Assembly: GCA_032718475.1 (NCBI GenBank)
Contig: JAUCBJ010007649.1
Location: 51,577 to 115,576, forward strand
From: Nemertoderma westbladi
Taxonomy: Eukaryota > Animalia > Xenacoelomorpha
Direction: 5' to 3'
Length of the DNA: 64,000 nt
In this document: positions 11,501-21,519 of the stretch, in pieces
Layout: every line of letters starts with the position of its first letter
How positions within the stretch are numbered: the first letter of the stretch is position 1
Translations under genes and position numbers: made by a program
Notes under the pieces: model-generated
The model's database searches: none
Told to the model about the DNA's origin: nothing
The model's input: only the letters and a program-made list of their open reading frames with translations

Positions 11501-14500
11501 ACGAATCCTGTTACATGATAAATACCGCAGTGTATCGAGCACTCACATATGAAAAAGATACAGACAGCGACTTCACTCTAACTACTTCTGAGCGACAACC
11601 ATCGTGGAAAGCACCAACTTCCAATGTAGGAATCCGAGAATTTCCTGTAGTCCAGTTACGGGTCCATGGACCTCAGAAAAGCTATATAGTGAACGCCCTC
11701 CTGGACTCCGGCAGCACAGGAACATTCATTGATAAAGAACTAGCCGAAGACATCTTCGCTGGACAACCTAAGTTCCGAACCAAGCTAAATATGTCAGGCA
11801 TTATGCAAGTTTGGAAATCTACAGTAACAGCTGATTATTATGTAGGCGCGTTGTCCACCCCACAAGACGAACTAGGAGAACATAGCATAAGGTCAGTGAA
11901 ATTGGTGGCTATAAAGAACTTCGCTACTACTCAAGCAGACCTTTATAATTGGGACGAGGATGAGAGCATCCAACATCTTAAGATACCTCGATTCCAGACT
12001 GATTATCCTGGAGTGCAAATACTCCTCGGCCAAAACGCGCATGAGGCGCTGGAGACATTGGAGAAACGGCCTGCTCAACCGCAGCCACTACAGACCTATG
12101 CGGTAAGAACTAGAGTAGGTTGGTACTTTACTGGCCCTTCCCGTAGAACACTCAGAGAAAGACTACCGCAAGAGCGCGTCTACCAGGTGAGTGAATGGGA
12201 AGATGATACTAGTGAGGGAGACGATTTAACTGAGGGAACCCCATACTCCTCAGATAACGACGACGTGCACCAGCTTTTTGATGAGGAGAATACCATCGAC
12301 CTCCTTAAGGAAAACGAGGCTTGGCAAAACCAAGTGAACTTATGTCAACTGCTTTATCCAACTGAACGAGAAGCTTATAACGACGAGTTAAATGACGTCA
12401 TTGAGCGTTGTAATGCCAAGACTCGAGATGAACATGCCGTACCATTCTTTACGCAAGAGGCGGTAGAGCCCAATTCCTACGATAAAGCCTTGTCAGTGGA
12501 AGAGGAAAGGGCCAAGCAGATCCAAGAGACAACTACATGTTTCCTCAAAGATCAAGGTAGGTATGAAGTCGGTCTACCTTTCCGCAAGAGAGAACCGAAA
12601 TTCATCAATAACAGACCCTTGGCGGAAAAAAGAATCGCGCGACTCCATCGACGCCTTACGGCTAATTCTTCAGCTAAAGCAATGTACCAAACACAGCTGG
12701 ATAAATTTATTAGTAAGGGATACGCGGAGAGAGTACCGGAAGAAACACCTGTGACTGAAAGAACGTATTACTTAACTCACCATTACGTTCCTAAACCCGG
12801 TAAGCCACATGAAGTGAGAGTAGTGTTTGATGGCTCCGCTCTTTACATGGGTCAATCCCTTAACTCTGAATTGTTACCCGGACCCAACTTGCTTCAATCT
12901 TTGTTGGGAATTCTTTTAAGATTGAGACAATATTCGATTGCTTTCGCCTCCGATATAGAAGGCATGTTCTTACAAGTCAAGGTGTTAGACAGGGATCGAG
13001 ATAGTCTACGATTTCTGTGGTGGCCCGAAGGAGACCTCAACCAGAAACCGGTGGAGTACTGGATGACCATCCAGGCCTTTGGGATAATCTCAAGCCCTTC
13101 CAACGCCTGTTCGGTAGTGCGTACCACTGCAGAGGACAACCGAGAGGCCTTCTCTAAGGAAGTGATCGACAACATCAAGAGAGACATATACATGGACGAC
13201 AATCTGAAGTCCCTTCCATCAGTTGAGGAAGCCATTGAGGTCGCTAAAGGAACGGTAGAGTGCTTAAAAAGAGGTGGGTTTCGATTAACGAAATTCACCA
13301 GCAACTCCCGTGAGTTTCTGGAGTCGATCCCTGCGGAAGATCGAGGGGCGAAAGATCTAGATTTGATCAAAGATGATCTGCCAGAAACCAAGACACTCGG
13401 CTTGAAATGGGACACAGAGCGAGATATCCTGTTTTTCCAGCTAAAACAGCGAGATAATCCAGTTCGAACCAAACGGATTTGCTTAAGTATACTGAGCACT
13501 TATTTCGATCCATTGGGATTTATTAGCCCAGTTATCTTGATTGCTCGTAGTTTGGTACAACAAATGTGGCTTGAAAACCACTCATGGGACGATCCACTTA
13601 AGGGAGAATTATTGAAGAAGTGGATGAAATGGGAAGATTCTCTGCCGGCTATCGAGGATTTTATAATTTCCCGTTCATATTTTGGTCATGTTCTCCCTAC
13701 GTATTCCTATCAACTCCATGTGTTTGGAGATGCCAGCGATATGGGAATAGGTATAGTAGCCTATCTAAGAGTGGAAACTCCGGATGGAATCAAAGTCGCC
13801 CTGGTTACTTCTAAGGCATTAATCAACAACAAGTTGAAAGTTCCTCGAGCGGAGTTAAAAGCGGCTCTATACGCTACAGCCATCGGCCGGAATGTAACCG
13901 AACAGATTGACTATCCATTAGAGAAAACTGTCTATTGGACCGACGCTTTACTCGTGTTAGAGTATATAACCAATGAAGTCTGTCAGTTCAGCGTCTTCGT
14001 TACCAACAGGGTAGCCATCATACTTAGTCGCACGACGATGGACCAATGGAGACATTGCCCCGGAACGATTAATCCAGCAGACATCGCTTCCCGAGGAGCG
14101 ACTCCAAAGGAATTGGTAAATACTCCCGAATGGTTAGGTGGACCCGACTTTCTCTACAAAGAAGAAGAAGAATGGCCTCCCCATCTCACAACAGCAGAGA
14201 TCAGACAGGCCAAGGGAGCGGAGAAAGTTAAACCCAAAACTCGAGCGAGTAAATCGAAGTTGTTTAAACCTGCGGTTGATCTATCTGTATTATTTACTTC
14301 CGGAGAGGATGCTTTGGATCCGAAACCCACCGCCACGACTAAAGAAGTCTTGGAAATCCGTGACAAGGATTGGAAATCTGGACTACCAGATATCGCGCAA
14401 GGACTCTCACCCCTCTTGCAGAGAGCGATACGTCACTACAGCTCCTGGAATCGGCTCTGTAAAGCCGTCACCTATTTAAAACGATGTTTTCATCATCGTT

Positions 14501-16074
14501 ACTCCGGGACAAAGACCCATAGTGATGATGCTCCATCAACATCTGCACGAGTCCATGTTGTTAAAGATCTTCCCCAATACAAGGTATCCGACAGGTTTCT
14601 AAAGGAGAAGATCAGTTACCAGGAGCATGATGAAACCAACAAACAGATGCTGAGACTCCTACAATGCTATGAGGATCCCGATAAGTATTTCCTGTTGTTA
14701 AGAAATCCGCAGATGCGCTTAAGGGATCGCTTCTCTAGTACCATGATAGATGGGTTAATACGTGTTGGAGGCAGGCTCACCAACGCCCCATTATCCTTTG
14801 ACACTAAGTTTCCCATACTCATTAGAAATCTTGACATACAAATCAAGATGATTGTAGACGTTCATAGCAAACTGTATCATGCTGGAAGAGAACGAGTTCT
14901 GAGCGAAATTCGAACTCGCTACTATTTTTATAAACCCCGTAGGGCTCTGAACCAAGTCCTTAGGAACTGCATACCCTGTAGGAAAGCATTCAGTAGGCCT
15001 TTGACACAGCGAGAGGCAGAATTACCTAGGGAAAGAGTAAGCTTCTACGAACCACCCTTTACTAATACCGGTGTGGATTTATTTGGCCCTATTGAAGTAT
15101 ATCGTGCCCGGACTATAGTCAAGAGATGGTGTGTCATCTTCGTTTGTATGACTTGTAGAGCTATCCATCTCAATATGGTAAATGATCTATCCACCAACAG
15201 CTTCGTGTTGAGTTTACGACGACAGATCGCTCGCTTCGGAACCAGTAACACGATGAGATCGGATAAGGGAACGAACTTCATTGGCGCCAACAACGAAATT
15301 CAAGCTTACGTAAAGGACTGGAACAAAAGACAGGTGGACGATCAGCTAAAGATAACAGCGTCTAGCTGGACCTTCAATGCCGCCGACGCCCCTTGGTGGG
15401 GAGGAAGTTGGGAGAGATTGATTAGGAGCGTGAAGACTGCGTTCCACTTTATTGTACCTTGTCGCGCTTATCTCACCGACGAACTATTGCGGACGTTAAT
15501 GGAGGAAATCGCCGCCTATCTCAACGAAAGACCGCTTATGCCAGTCTCTTCAAGTCCTGATTCCCTGGAAGCGCTAACACCCGCGCACTTTCTACTGAAG
15601 AAACCCGTAGCCATGCTCCCACGATCGGAGATCACAGACGGAGACGAATACTGCCGTCGAACCTGGCAACTTATGCAGTTGCTATCCCGTCGTTTCGCTG
15701 ACCATTTCGAGAAACATTACCTGCCCACTCTACAACTTCGAACTAAGTGGTTTGCGCAGCAAGAAAACGTCAGCGCTGGAGACATGGTGCTTATTGTGGA
15801 CCCCGATCTCCCACGTAAGCGATGGCAAACAGGACGTATCATCGAGACTTATATCTCGAGCGATGGTTTGGTGCGATCAGTAGAACTCGTCGTCATGCGG
15901 CGTAACTATAAGAAACCAGGGATAGTCTTTGAGACTCAACAGCTCAACCGCCCAGTGGGTCGTTTATGTTTACTGGAAAGAGACAGAGAGCTCTCCGGAA
16001 ACTATGGAAGGCAAGAAACGCTTCCCACGACCACTTCCCTAATCCAACCGACATCTAGGGACTCCCCAACTTAA
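8548..16074 (+). CDS. gag-pol: E1 BEL/Pao Gag-Pol polyprotein (Gag with Cys/His knuckles, aspartic protease, RT, RNase H, integrase)
   Basis: CYNCLRQGHQRRTC knuckle; LLDSGS; YMDD; FGDASD, PRAEL, WTDA, NPADIASRG; HxxxxH/CxxC; GVDLFGP, SDKGTNF, WWGGSWERL. Confidence 0.97.
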   Translation: MGVAKETIDPAVWKRSAAGYAQGFFSSMERVKEQLFQQPQGPQEQRQLLYQVRERILRIRLILSAFEEASKRRQDTSLQVAVKTWFQRVSRQVQGTAQWKAQLEERSTHGESTDATFSQVESEAMAEKPHKRDAIDIYLSDYQRFLGDDELRRRLEGLSPNSEGTKLVLDAIDVEMRAANQAKFDEQLRITRVQEEQVKKKRIEDRKKAAVVAAEAERKAAAAEAAAEAKAAEAAAEAKAAEAERKAAEAVAEAERRATEETTQLELENIQENQDCINKQLTASNMQMMNRSTYIYGYGYTSSEEGDTTDTEGKGNRSRLSRRKRTFHRQKLPDLPPAVRRQLNNTNLGSTEPTDQIIKIERLPTIVDEPEIIRPVFEITPSVIDTPVLPEATSKFPLHSTKLPVPSRTAQETVQVLDPERNIHDLSPIVPRPPATTLATPASAVEWVDERRRGMDLLLGQMQETVQQFKGTVRESRLELQEVQQSIALERDKLVNTQRGIPPPSVTMCQPVRSEVSHAQGVEPTRIYTASEVETPIVNPIKGNYRPVDNDIPYRPDHNPRNLYTDNSILNNTMAQESFTRQMARTEARQAVKVGEIVKFNGDEMKWLPFNEYYKDNIQNSVLSNGEKLRYLIECLEGSPKLMALKFIGHPDGLRQVWDTLNIRYGNRNNIAGYLYAKLVAPRKFISSGIIEFSDEIQEICRQLDWLGKSHEYQNTMVIRAVASTLPKGGVGTRWDKKVLYMMEQQRRDPTMADLMSFLDGEVKLQLLKLSREKTPENKVSEKPVSRRKVTPVCYTDDGESQTSQGEDSGKDTDRSYYVNKMPKDQVSKFKSRANDRREQVRKTPPTSPKRIPVRKPEEKASVHNVTQIKVSNIKPKCALCDGTHRLNMCDEFLKKSLTERREVMWDKRLCYNCLRQGHQRRTCYSDIRCAKCGAKHHILLHAEFDRNSPNQVSDSELHVQFSDVNDTDQSEMEGFYTDEFSDENESCYMINTAVYRALTYEKDTDSDFTLTTSERQPSWKAPTSNVGIREFPVVQLRVHGPQKSYIVNALLDSGSTGTFIDKELAEDIFAGQPKFRTKLNMSGIMQVWKSTVTADYYVGALSTPQDELGEHSIRSVKLVAIKNFATTQADLYNWDEDESIQHLKIPRFQTDYPGVQILLGQNAHEALETLEKRPAQPQPLQTYAVRTRVGWYFTGPSRRTLRERLPQERVYQVSEWEDDTSEGDDLTEGTPYSSDNDDVHQLFDEENTIDLLKENEAWQNQVNLCQLLYPTEREAYNDELNDVIERCNAKTRDEHAVPFFTQEAVEPNSYDKALSVEEERAKQIQETTTCFLKDQGRYEVGLPFRKREPKFINNRPLAEKRIARLHRRLTANSSAKAMYQTQLDKFISKGYAERVPEETPVTERTYYLTHHYVPKPGKPHEVRVVFDGSALYMGQSLNSELLPGPNLLQSLLGILLRLRQYSIAFASDIEGMFLQVKVLDRDRDSLRFLWWPEGDLNQKPVEYWMTIQAFGIISSPSNACSVVRTTAEDNREAFSKEVIDNIKRDIYMDDNLKSLPSVEEAIEVAKGTVECLKRGGFRLTKFTSNSREFLESIPAEDRGAKDLDLIKDDLPETKTLGLKWDTERDILFFQLKQRDNPVRTKRICLSILSTYFDPLGFISPVILIARSLVQQMWLENHSWDDPLKGELLKKWMKWEDSLPAIEDFIISRSYFGHVLPTYSYQLHVFGDASDMGIGIVAYLRVETPDGIKVALVTSKALINNKLKVPRAELKAALYATAIGRNVTEQIDYPLEKTVYWTDALLVLEYITNEVCQFSVFVTNRVAIILSRTTMDQWRHCPGTINPADIASRGATPKELVNTPEWLGGPDFLYKEEEEWPPHLTTAEIRQAKGAEKVKPKTRASKSKLFKPAVDLSVLFTSGEDALDPKPTATTKEVLEIRDKDWKSGLPDIAQGLSPLLQRAIRHYSSWNRLCKAVTYLKRCFHHRYSGTKTHSDDAPSTSARVHVVKDLPQYKVSDRFLKEKISYQEHDETNKQMLRLLQCYEDPDKYFLLLRNPQMRLRDRFSSTMIDGLIRVGGRLTNAPLSFDTKFPILIRNLDIQIKMIVDVHSKLYHAGRERVLSEIRTRYYFYKPRRALNQVLRNCIPCRKAFSRPLTQREAELPRERVSFYEPPFTNTGVDLFGPIEVYRARTIVKRWCVIFVCMTCRAIHLNMVNDLSTNSFVLSLRRQIARFGTSNTMRSDKGTNFIGANNEIQAYVKDWNKRQVDDQLKITASSWTFNAADAPWWGGSWERLIRSVKTAFHFIVPCRAYLTDELLRTLMEEIAAYLNERPLMPVSSSPDSLEALTPAHFLLKKPVAMLPRSEITDGDEYCRRTWQLMQLLSRRFADHFEKHYLPTLQLRTKWFAQQENVSAGDMVLIVDPDLPRKRWQTGRIIETYISSDGLVRSVELVVMRRNYKKPGIVFETQQLNRPVGRLCLLERDRELSGNYGRQETLPTTTSLIQPTSRDSPT

Positions 16075-17721
16075 TATCGTTCGGAGTGGGCGTGTGACTC
16101 TATTATTTTATATTATTTTATTATTTTTATATTTATGTATGTATTACTATGTAATTTTATTATAATCGTTTTATTTAATTTAGTAGAATATTATTTAGCG
16201 ATTATTTAGTAGAATAGTGCAATATGTTCATGTTATTGCGTACGTAATTACTTATATTATATTTAGTGCGACGGCGAGAAATAATTCTTTTTCTCTTTCC
16301 TTACTGTTCGTATTATATTATAAATACGTAACTACAGTAAGATGAAATGTCCGTACTTATTAAAGTACAATAAAGCCACTACTATATTCAAGTATTATTG
16401 GTAGGCAGAGTATTAGGAATGCAAAGTTCAGATCCTCGTGTCTCGGCTAAACCAAGCTCTGGGTAGACCTTGGAAACGACTTGCCTCTTCACACTGACAT
16501 TGCTTCGTGCGATATTGCTCTCATACCGTATATTAAATAATACATATAGTAGCGTGAGGTCCCTCTAACAGTAGCGTGAAACGCAAATAAATCTGTTAAA
16601 CCCTTTGACCATCTGTAATTCTAGTCGATTAAGATATCGCGGCACCCACCGATATACTTGAAAGACAAATTCTAGAATCAGTGGTTAACGTCCCCAGACA
16701 AGTTCTGGAATAAATCGGTGCCCATCTCAAATATTAATTATTTAATATTTGCAAATCTAATAAATCAAAATCTGTAAAATTCAAATCCTTCAACAATTCT
16801 AGTCAATTAAGATATCGTAGCATTTACCGATATTCTTAAAAAGACAATTGTCATAGAATTCAGGATCTTGTGTCCCCAGACATATTCTAGAATCAAAATA
16901 TGTCCATCTAATTAGTAAATAATAAAATTTCAGGGAATAATTTAAATTCATGCCTTTTAATGAATTTAATAAATTGCCATTTTTTGCGCAATTTATAACA
17001 TTCCCAAAATTCCATTAATTAATAGATCACGGGAGCGGAGATTTATCTTCTTATGCGTATGAGTGTGCGAAAGTCTCCCAAACATAGTCAATAGCCGATA
17101 AAATTCATAAAGTCATGTATCAAACAGGACATTGACTATTAAAGAATTACTATTAAATAACATCCCAGATCTGTATGCATTGGAATTACCCTAATTCTAC
17201 CGCTAGCTTTGCATAATGTCACCATAGCAACAACCACGCTAGAATTAGAATTGAGTTAAAGGAACAATAGAAAGCTTGTCCCATTGAATAGCATAGGGAA
17301 TAAATAGCGCACTACTAGTATCCAAGGATACATAATAATACAGTGACATTCTGGAAGGCATTGACTAACAGACAAATGGCCCGAATGTGCGTAGTTGTGA
17401 CCAGTTGTGTGGTATTTGTGAGTTTATAGGTGAATGTTACTGCTAAAGTGTGTTTACAGTAGCTAGTCGCAATCGTGAAAGTAACCTAACTCTCCAAGGA
17501 AAACCTGAAGTACATCTAAGCCTTTGGGACGGACAGTGGAGTGACTTGTGCCGGTTATCGTTGTCGTTGTACGGCTACGTCGTTGGCGAAAGTATAGCGA
17601 CAGCGGTACATCGGCGCTGAGAATCTCACACTGTCCGGGGGCAAGGGAGAAGTAGGCAGCGACGCCCGCTTGCCTAATAAATATAAACTCATTATAATAT
17701 TGGTGAACTCGTATAGCAGAT

Positions 17722-19911
17722 ATGACTGAATTAATAGAAGATGATCTTGGTATCAGGGAGAGATATACTCTACCTTTACAAGCGTTTGTCGATAGCTTGA
17801 TACGCGGCGACGCTGATCCAACTACTACGGAGGACGAAGGTCGTTATATCGAACCGCCAATGTCCCAGGAGCAACTTACGCGTGAATTGGACTATAGAAA
17901 ATTCACTACTCGCTATACGCATCGTAATGGTACGTATATGGACTTCTTGACCACTGGTCATCCTATTGATTTACACGACACCGACGATGTAGACACCGAA
18001 AGGGAAATGGTTTTATTTAACTATCATACCCAGCGGAGTCGAAACGATAAATCGAGAATAGAACACGAGAACTCTATTCGAAATAAGCTCGAAAGAGAAG
18101 ACGTTGAAGAACCTAATAAACGTAGCGGCTTCAACGAATATCTAGAATTTCTAAGAGAGACCTATCTCAATGTTGCCAGTCAACAAAACCTCGAAACTCG
18201 ATATCCCCAAGGTATACATCCAGATCCTATAATGGAACTCAAACGGCTCTATTTTACGATGATGTATCTTACCGCCGATCGACCCCTACCTGTCGTTCCA
18301 GATAGCTTCGAACAGATGGAGGAGTATTGTAAAACTGGAGAGCGATCACCCGCGTTTCCCCTTCAGGACATGCGTCTTTGGTATTACTGTGACGAATGCC
18401 CTAGACCTAACCAGCAGATCGAAAGGCATAAACATCCGCGGAGACGTTGCGCTAAACACAGTTTTACGCGATATACTTATGGGAGTTTCGAGCGAAACCT
18501 TTTCGACGTATCACCTACGGTCGCGCGCCTTAAACGATCATTGAACAAACCCATGATCAGAGTTCCGGAATACTCGGTCAGACCTCCTCATTCCCAAGTG
18601 ATACCTCAAACTCTCGATCCTAATAGTATTACGGATCCTCCCGAGCTATACTCACTGTTCAAAGATCTAGTGTTACCTGAACAGTTGATTGGTGGCGCTC
18701 CAGTAGTGGGTTCGTTAGATATTCGCCAACCTTACCTCGCTGGACTAGGACGCGGTCATCTAATATCACCGTTTAACCCCTACAATCGTCCTGGCCTCCC
18801 TCCGATCCAACCTGTTACAGAAGTCGAAGAGAGCGTGATACGAAATGCATTGGACGCTATTCGGCAGAAAATCGGAAAAGGAACTTACGATTGCTTGGAG
18901 AAACGTAAATTGCAACAACAAGTCCAAGCGGTGAAAGAACTAGCTTTGCCCCAGTTCGATAGAGAAATACAGAATCTAGAGGAGGACATCGAACGTGGAC
19001 GAACCTACTCCTTACAGGAATTCCTGGACGAGCGCTTGCAACAACAAGCTGAGGAAAATCAGCTCGAGGAGAGACATATAGAGCTGACTGAGAGGGAAGA
19101 AGCTGCTTTAGCTCAACCAGAAACTCAAATTCTCGTGACGGATCTCTATTCCAAAACGATCCTCCACCCCTCGATGGTTCCTCATTTTAAAGACAAGCTC
19201 TTTGCTACGGTACAGCCTCAACCACCGGTTAATACTGATCTCAGATCTCACGAGCTCATTGCTGACGCTCCTATGATACAACGTCCACCCATAGCGGCTG
19301 CTCGTGTCGATGGTGTACTTGTTGAGCCTCCGGACAATAGAGCGGATCTTGTCCGTCGCATGGTACACGATGTTAACATACGCGCTAGACCTTTGCCGGA
19401 CTCATTTTATGGAATTAAGGATCATCCTTATTACGTCAATTTAAAGCAATATTACATGGTAAAACCAGAAGATCCTACGCATAGTCTGAAGTTTCTACCA
19501 TTGATCAATCCTCTCGATCTCGTCGAACTCGAACAACTACAAAAACATCTAGATCAGCTAGTTAAACTAAACTCATTTCGAAAACCGTATAATATTTCCA
19601 GAATAGAGAAAGAAATATTACCTCCGTACAATCTTGATGGTTTCATTAAAACTCGATTGGTACACTGGAATCTTGACGTGTTATTCGAGGAAGAAAGAAT
19701 AAAACGATATGGAGATGTGGAAACCTATAGTACACAATGCTTAAAGTATAGAGATTTACCCAATGCTAGCGAATGCGCTACTTTGTGGCATCCAGTGGGA
19801 ATGACTCTCGAAAACGCCACTAAAGAATGGAATGAGACTCTTAATGTTATCGAGATGTATGGCGTTGTTACTTATGACAACGAAGGTAGCGTTCCGGTGG
19901 GAGAACTATGA
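17722..19911 (+). CDS. E1 accessory ORF, N-terminal part (CxxC...CxxH domain, coiled coil, ExoI-like YDNEG at the end)
   Basis: 729-aa ORF homologous to E2 48853 ORF (DPxxExxRLYxTxxYLT; CDEC/CGAC; RCAKH/RCSHH; YDNEG). Confidence 0.85.
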   Translation: MTELIEDDLGIRERYTLPLQAFVDSLIRGDADPTTTEDEGRYIEPPMSQEQLTRELDYRKFTTRYTHRNGTYMDFLTTGHPIDLHDTDDVDTEREMVLFNYHTQRSRNDKSRIEHENSIRNKLEREDVEEPNKRSGFNEYLEFLRETYLNVASQQNLETRYPQGIHPDPIMELKRLYFTMMYLTADRPLPVVPDSFEQMEEYCKTGERSPAFPLQDMRLWYYCDECPRPNQQIERHKHPRRRCAKHSFTRYTYGSFERNLFDVSPTVARLKRSLNKPMIRVPEYSVRPPHSQVIPQTLDPNSITDPPELYSLFKDLVLPEQLIGGAPVVGSLDIRQPYLAGLGRGHLISPFNPYNRPGLPPIQPVTEVEESVIRNALDAIRQKIGKGTYDCLEKRKLQQQVQAVKELALPQFDREIQNLEEDIERGRTYSLQEFLDERLQQQAEENQLEERHIELTEREEAALAQPETQILVTDLYSKTILHPSMVPHFKDKLFATVQPQPPVNTDLRSHELIADAPMIQRPPIAAARVDGVLVEPPDNRADLVRRMVHDVNIRARPLPDSFYGIKDHPYYVNLKQYYMVKPEDPTHSLKFLPLINPLDLVELEQLQKHLDQLVKLNSFRKPYNISRIEKEILPPYNLDGFIKTRLVHWNLDVLFEEERIKRYGDVETYSTQCLKYRDLPNASECATLWHPVGMTLENATKEWNETLNVIEMYGVVTYDNEGSVPVGEL

Positions 19912-19920
19912 ACTACGCGA

Positions 19921-21519
19921 ATGATACATATACGAGGACTCGCTGGTTCTACCCACGTATTCACTCGAGCGTGTTCCGACGTGATTGATTATTCTTTTGA
20001 AACCCTTACGGAGACACAAAAGAAACTTCGACATGGACAATTCGAGCTCGCGCAGCGTTACGTCACCGACACCGAGCGCAAACCGGCCATGGGTATCGAT
20101 GGATCAATGTTACCCCAACCTGTGCTCGAAATGTTGTTTAACGAAAGAATCCTAAAAATTGGCTCAGCTGTTTATGGAGATCTCCAAAACGACTTCCGGA
20201 ATATGGAAAACATTCCATACCCTTTCGTTGATACTCAGCTGATTGCTCCTTGGGCCGAAGGCCGAGGTTTCTTTCGCACTATGTATGCCAATACACCCAG
20301 CGACATTACTAAAGTACAACGGACATCCATCGGACATCTTGCCTTTCAAGAATATGGATGGAACTTCAAAGTTGGAAATCCTATCAATTACCAGCAGGTA
20401 TATGGAGATCATTACTCTCGTTTATATTTTGATGGACCATTAACTGCGCCTGGTGCCGTATATAGCTTTATGAGTGTTCCACTTCGCCCTTCCTTAGCTA
20501 TATACACGATCTTTGAAAACGCAGCACTTGCCGGTTGGCTAGCCGATGTGTGCAGTCGTACCATACGCGCTCATCCCTTAAAACTTGGAACTAAACTCGC
20601 CAAGTTAGACGAACACAATAAGTTCATACGTTTCGAATGTTTCCGGCGCTTTCTGACTCCGTTCCGTAACGTCGATAGTCAGTTCAAGGACCGCGCGCTG
20701 ACCAAACTCAGTCTGAGAGACTCAGCTGCGGAGAAATTGAGTAGCGCTGGATTTGCCGTGTTTCAAGACGTTTGTATACAGAACTTACATTCATCTGTTA
20801 TACAAAGACCCCGAATACCTACAGGTTATTCTGTCGTGGAAATACAGACAGTGGATCCACTTACTGAGACAGACGCACCCACTTCGTCTATACAGCTGGA
20901 GGATGAACCAGTGTGCTTGGAATCAGAAGCGATTCAGCCTACAACTTCCCGGAGCAGTGACAATGATTATGTCATAGAGTGGTATCAAGGTCCACAACGT
21001 CTCACAGCGTACGATTATCGACACGCCAACTACGTTTCTCGAAAACGTTGTCGATTATGCGCATCGAGAGACCACTTCACTCCTCTAGACTCGAGCGTAC
21101 CTTGTTCCTATTTCCTCGAACAACCGATGATGGAAATATATTGTGCTTATTGCAGACTTAATAACTCTCATATCTTTGCCGTCTGCCCACAATTTATGAC
21201 TCAATGTCACTACTGTCAACTTAAAGGACATGAAAGTTACAATTGTCCCTTTAATCGCGATTTAGAGAGCGTAGACGAGATAATCACCCTGCGATACATC
21301 CGAGCTTGGGAAGCGAACGCGGATTTACATTGCGAATCTCGACATCGCTATTACCCTGGACGAGCTTACGAAGGAGTTTACGCGTTCCATCCTTATCTCT
21401 TCGCGTCGATTGAACAGAAAACACGCGTACCAAGTTACGAGTTAATGAAGCGTGTTGGTGAGTGTATTTCCACCAAGTTTGTCAGAAAATACCTTAGAAA
21501 CGTTAGAAACGTTTGCTGA
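19921..21519 (+). CDS. E1 accessory ORF, C-terminal part: 3'-5' exonuclease-like domain plus three CCHC knuckles; in frame with the 17722 ORF across one TGA
   Basis: LPQPVLEMLFNERILKIGSAVYGDL...FVDT resembles WRN/EXD ExoII; YTIFE at the ExoIII position; CHYCQLKGHESYNC knuckle. Confidence 0.8.
   Translation: MIHIRGLAGSTHVFTRACSDVIDYSFETLTETQKKLRHGQFELAQRYVTDTERKPAMGIDGSMLPQPVLEMLFNERILKIGSAVYGDLQNDFRNMENIPYPFVDTQLIAPWAEGRGFFRTMYANTPSDITKVQRTSIGHLAFQEYGWNFKVGNPINYQQVYGDHYSRLYFDGPLTAPGAVYSFMSVPLRPSLAIYTIFENAALAGWLADVCSRTIRAHPLKLGTKLAKLDEHNKFIRFECFRRFLTPFRNVDSQFKDRALTKLSLRDSAAEKLSSAGFAVFQDVCIQNLHSSVIQRPRIPTGYSVVEIQTVDPLTETDAPTSSIQLEDEPVCLESEAIQPTTSRSSDNDYVIEWYQGPQRLTAYDYRHANYVSRKRCRLCASRDHFTPLDSSVPCSYFLEQPMMEIYCAYCRLNNSHIFAVCPQFMTQCHYCQLKGHESYNCPFNRDLESVDEIITLRYIRAWEANADLHCESRHRYYPGRAYEGVYAFHPYLFASIEQKTRVPSYELMKRVGECISTKFVRKYLRNVRNVC

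Noticed and set aside
17722-21519. env gene interpretation of the downstream ORF
   Set aside because: No signal peptide, transmembrane anchor or fusogen-like features; nuclease and knuckle motifs instead.
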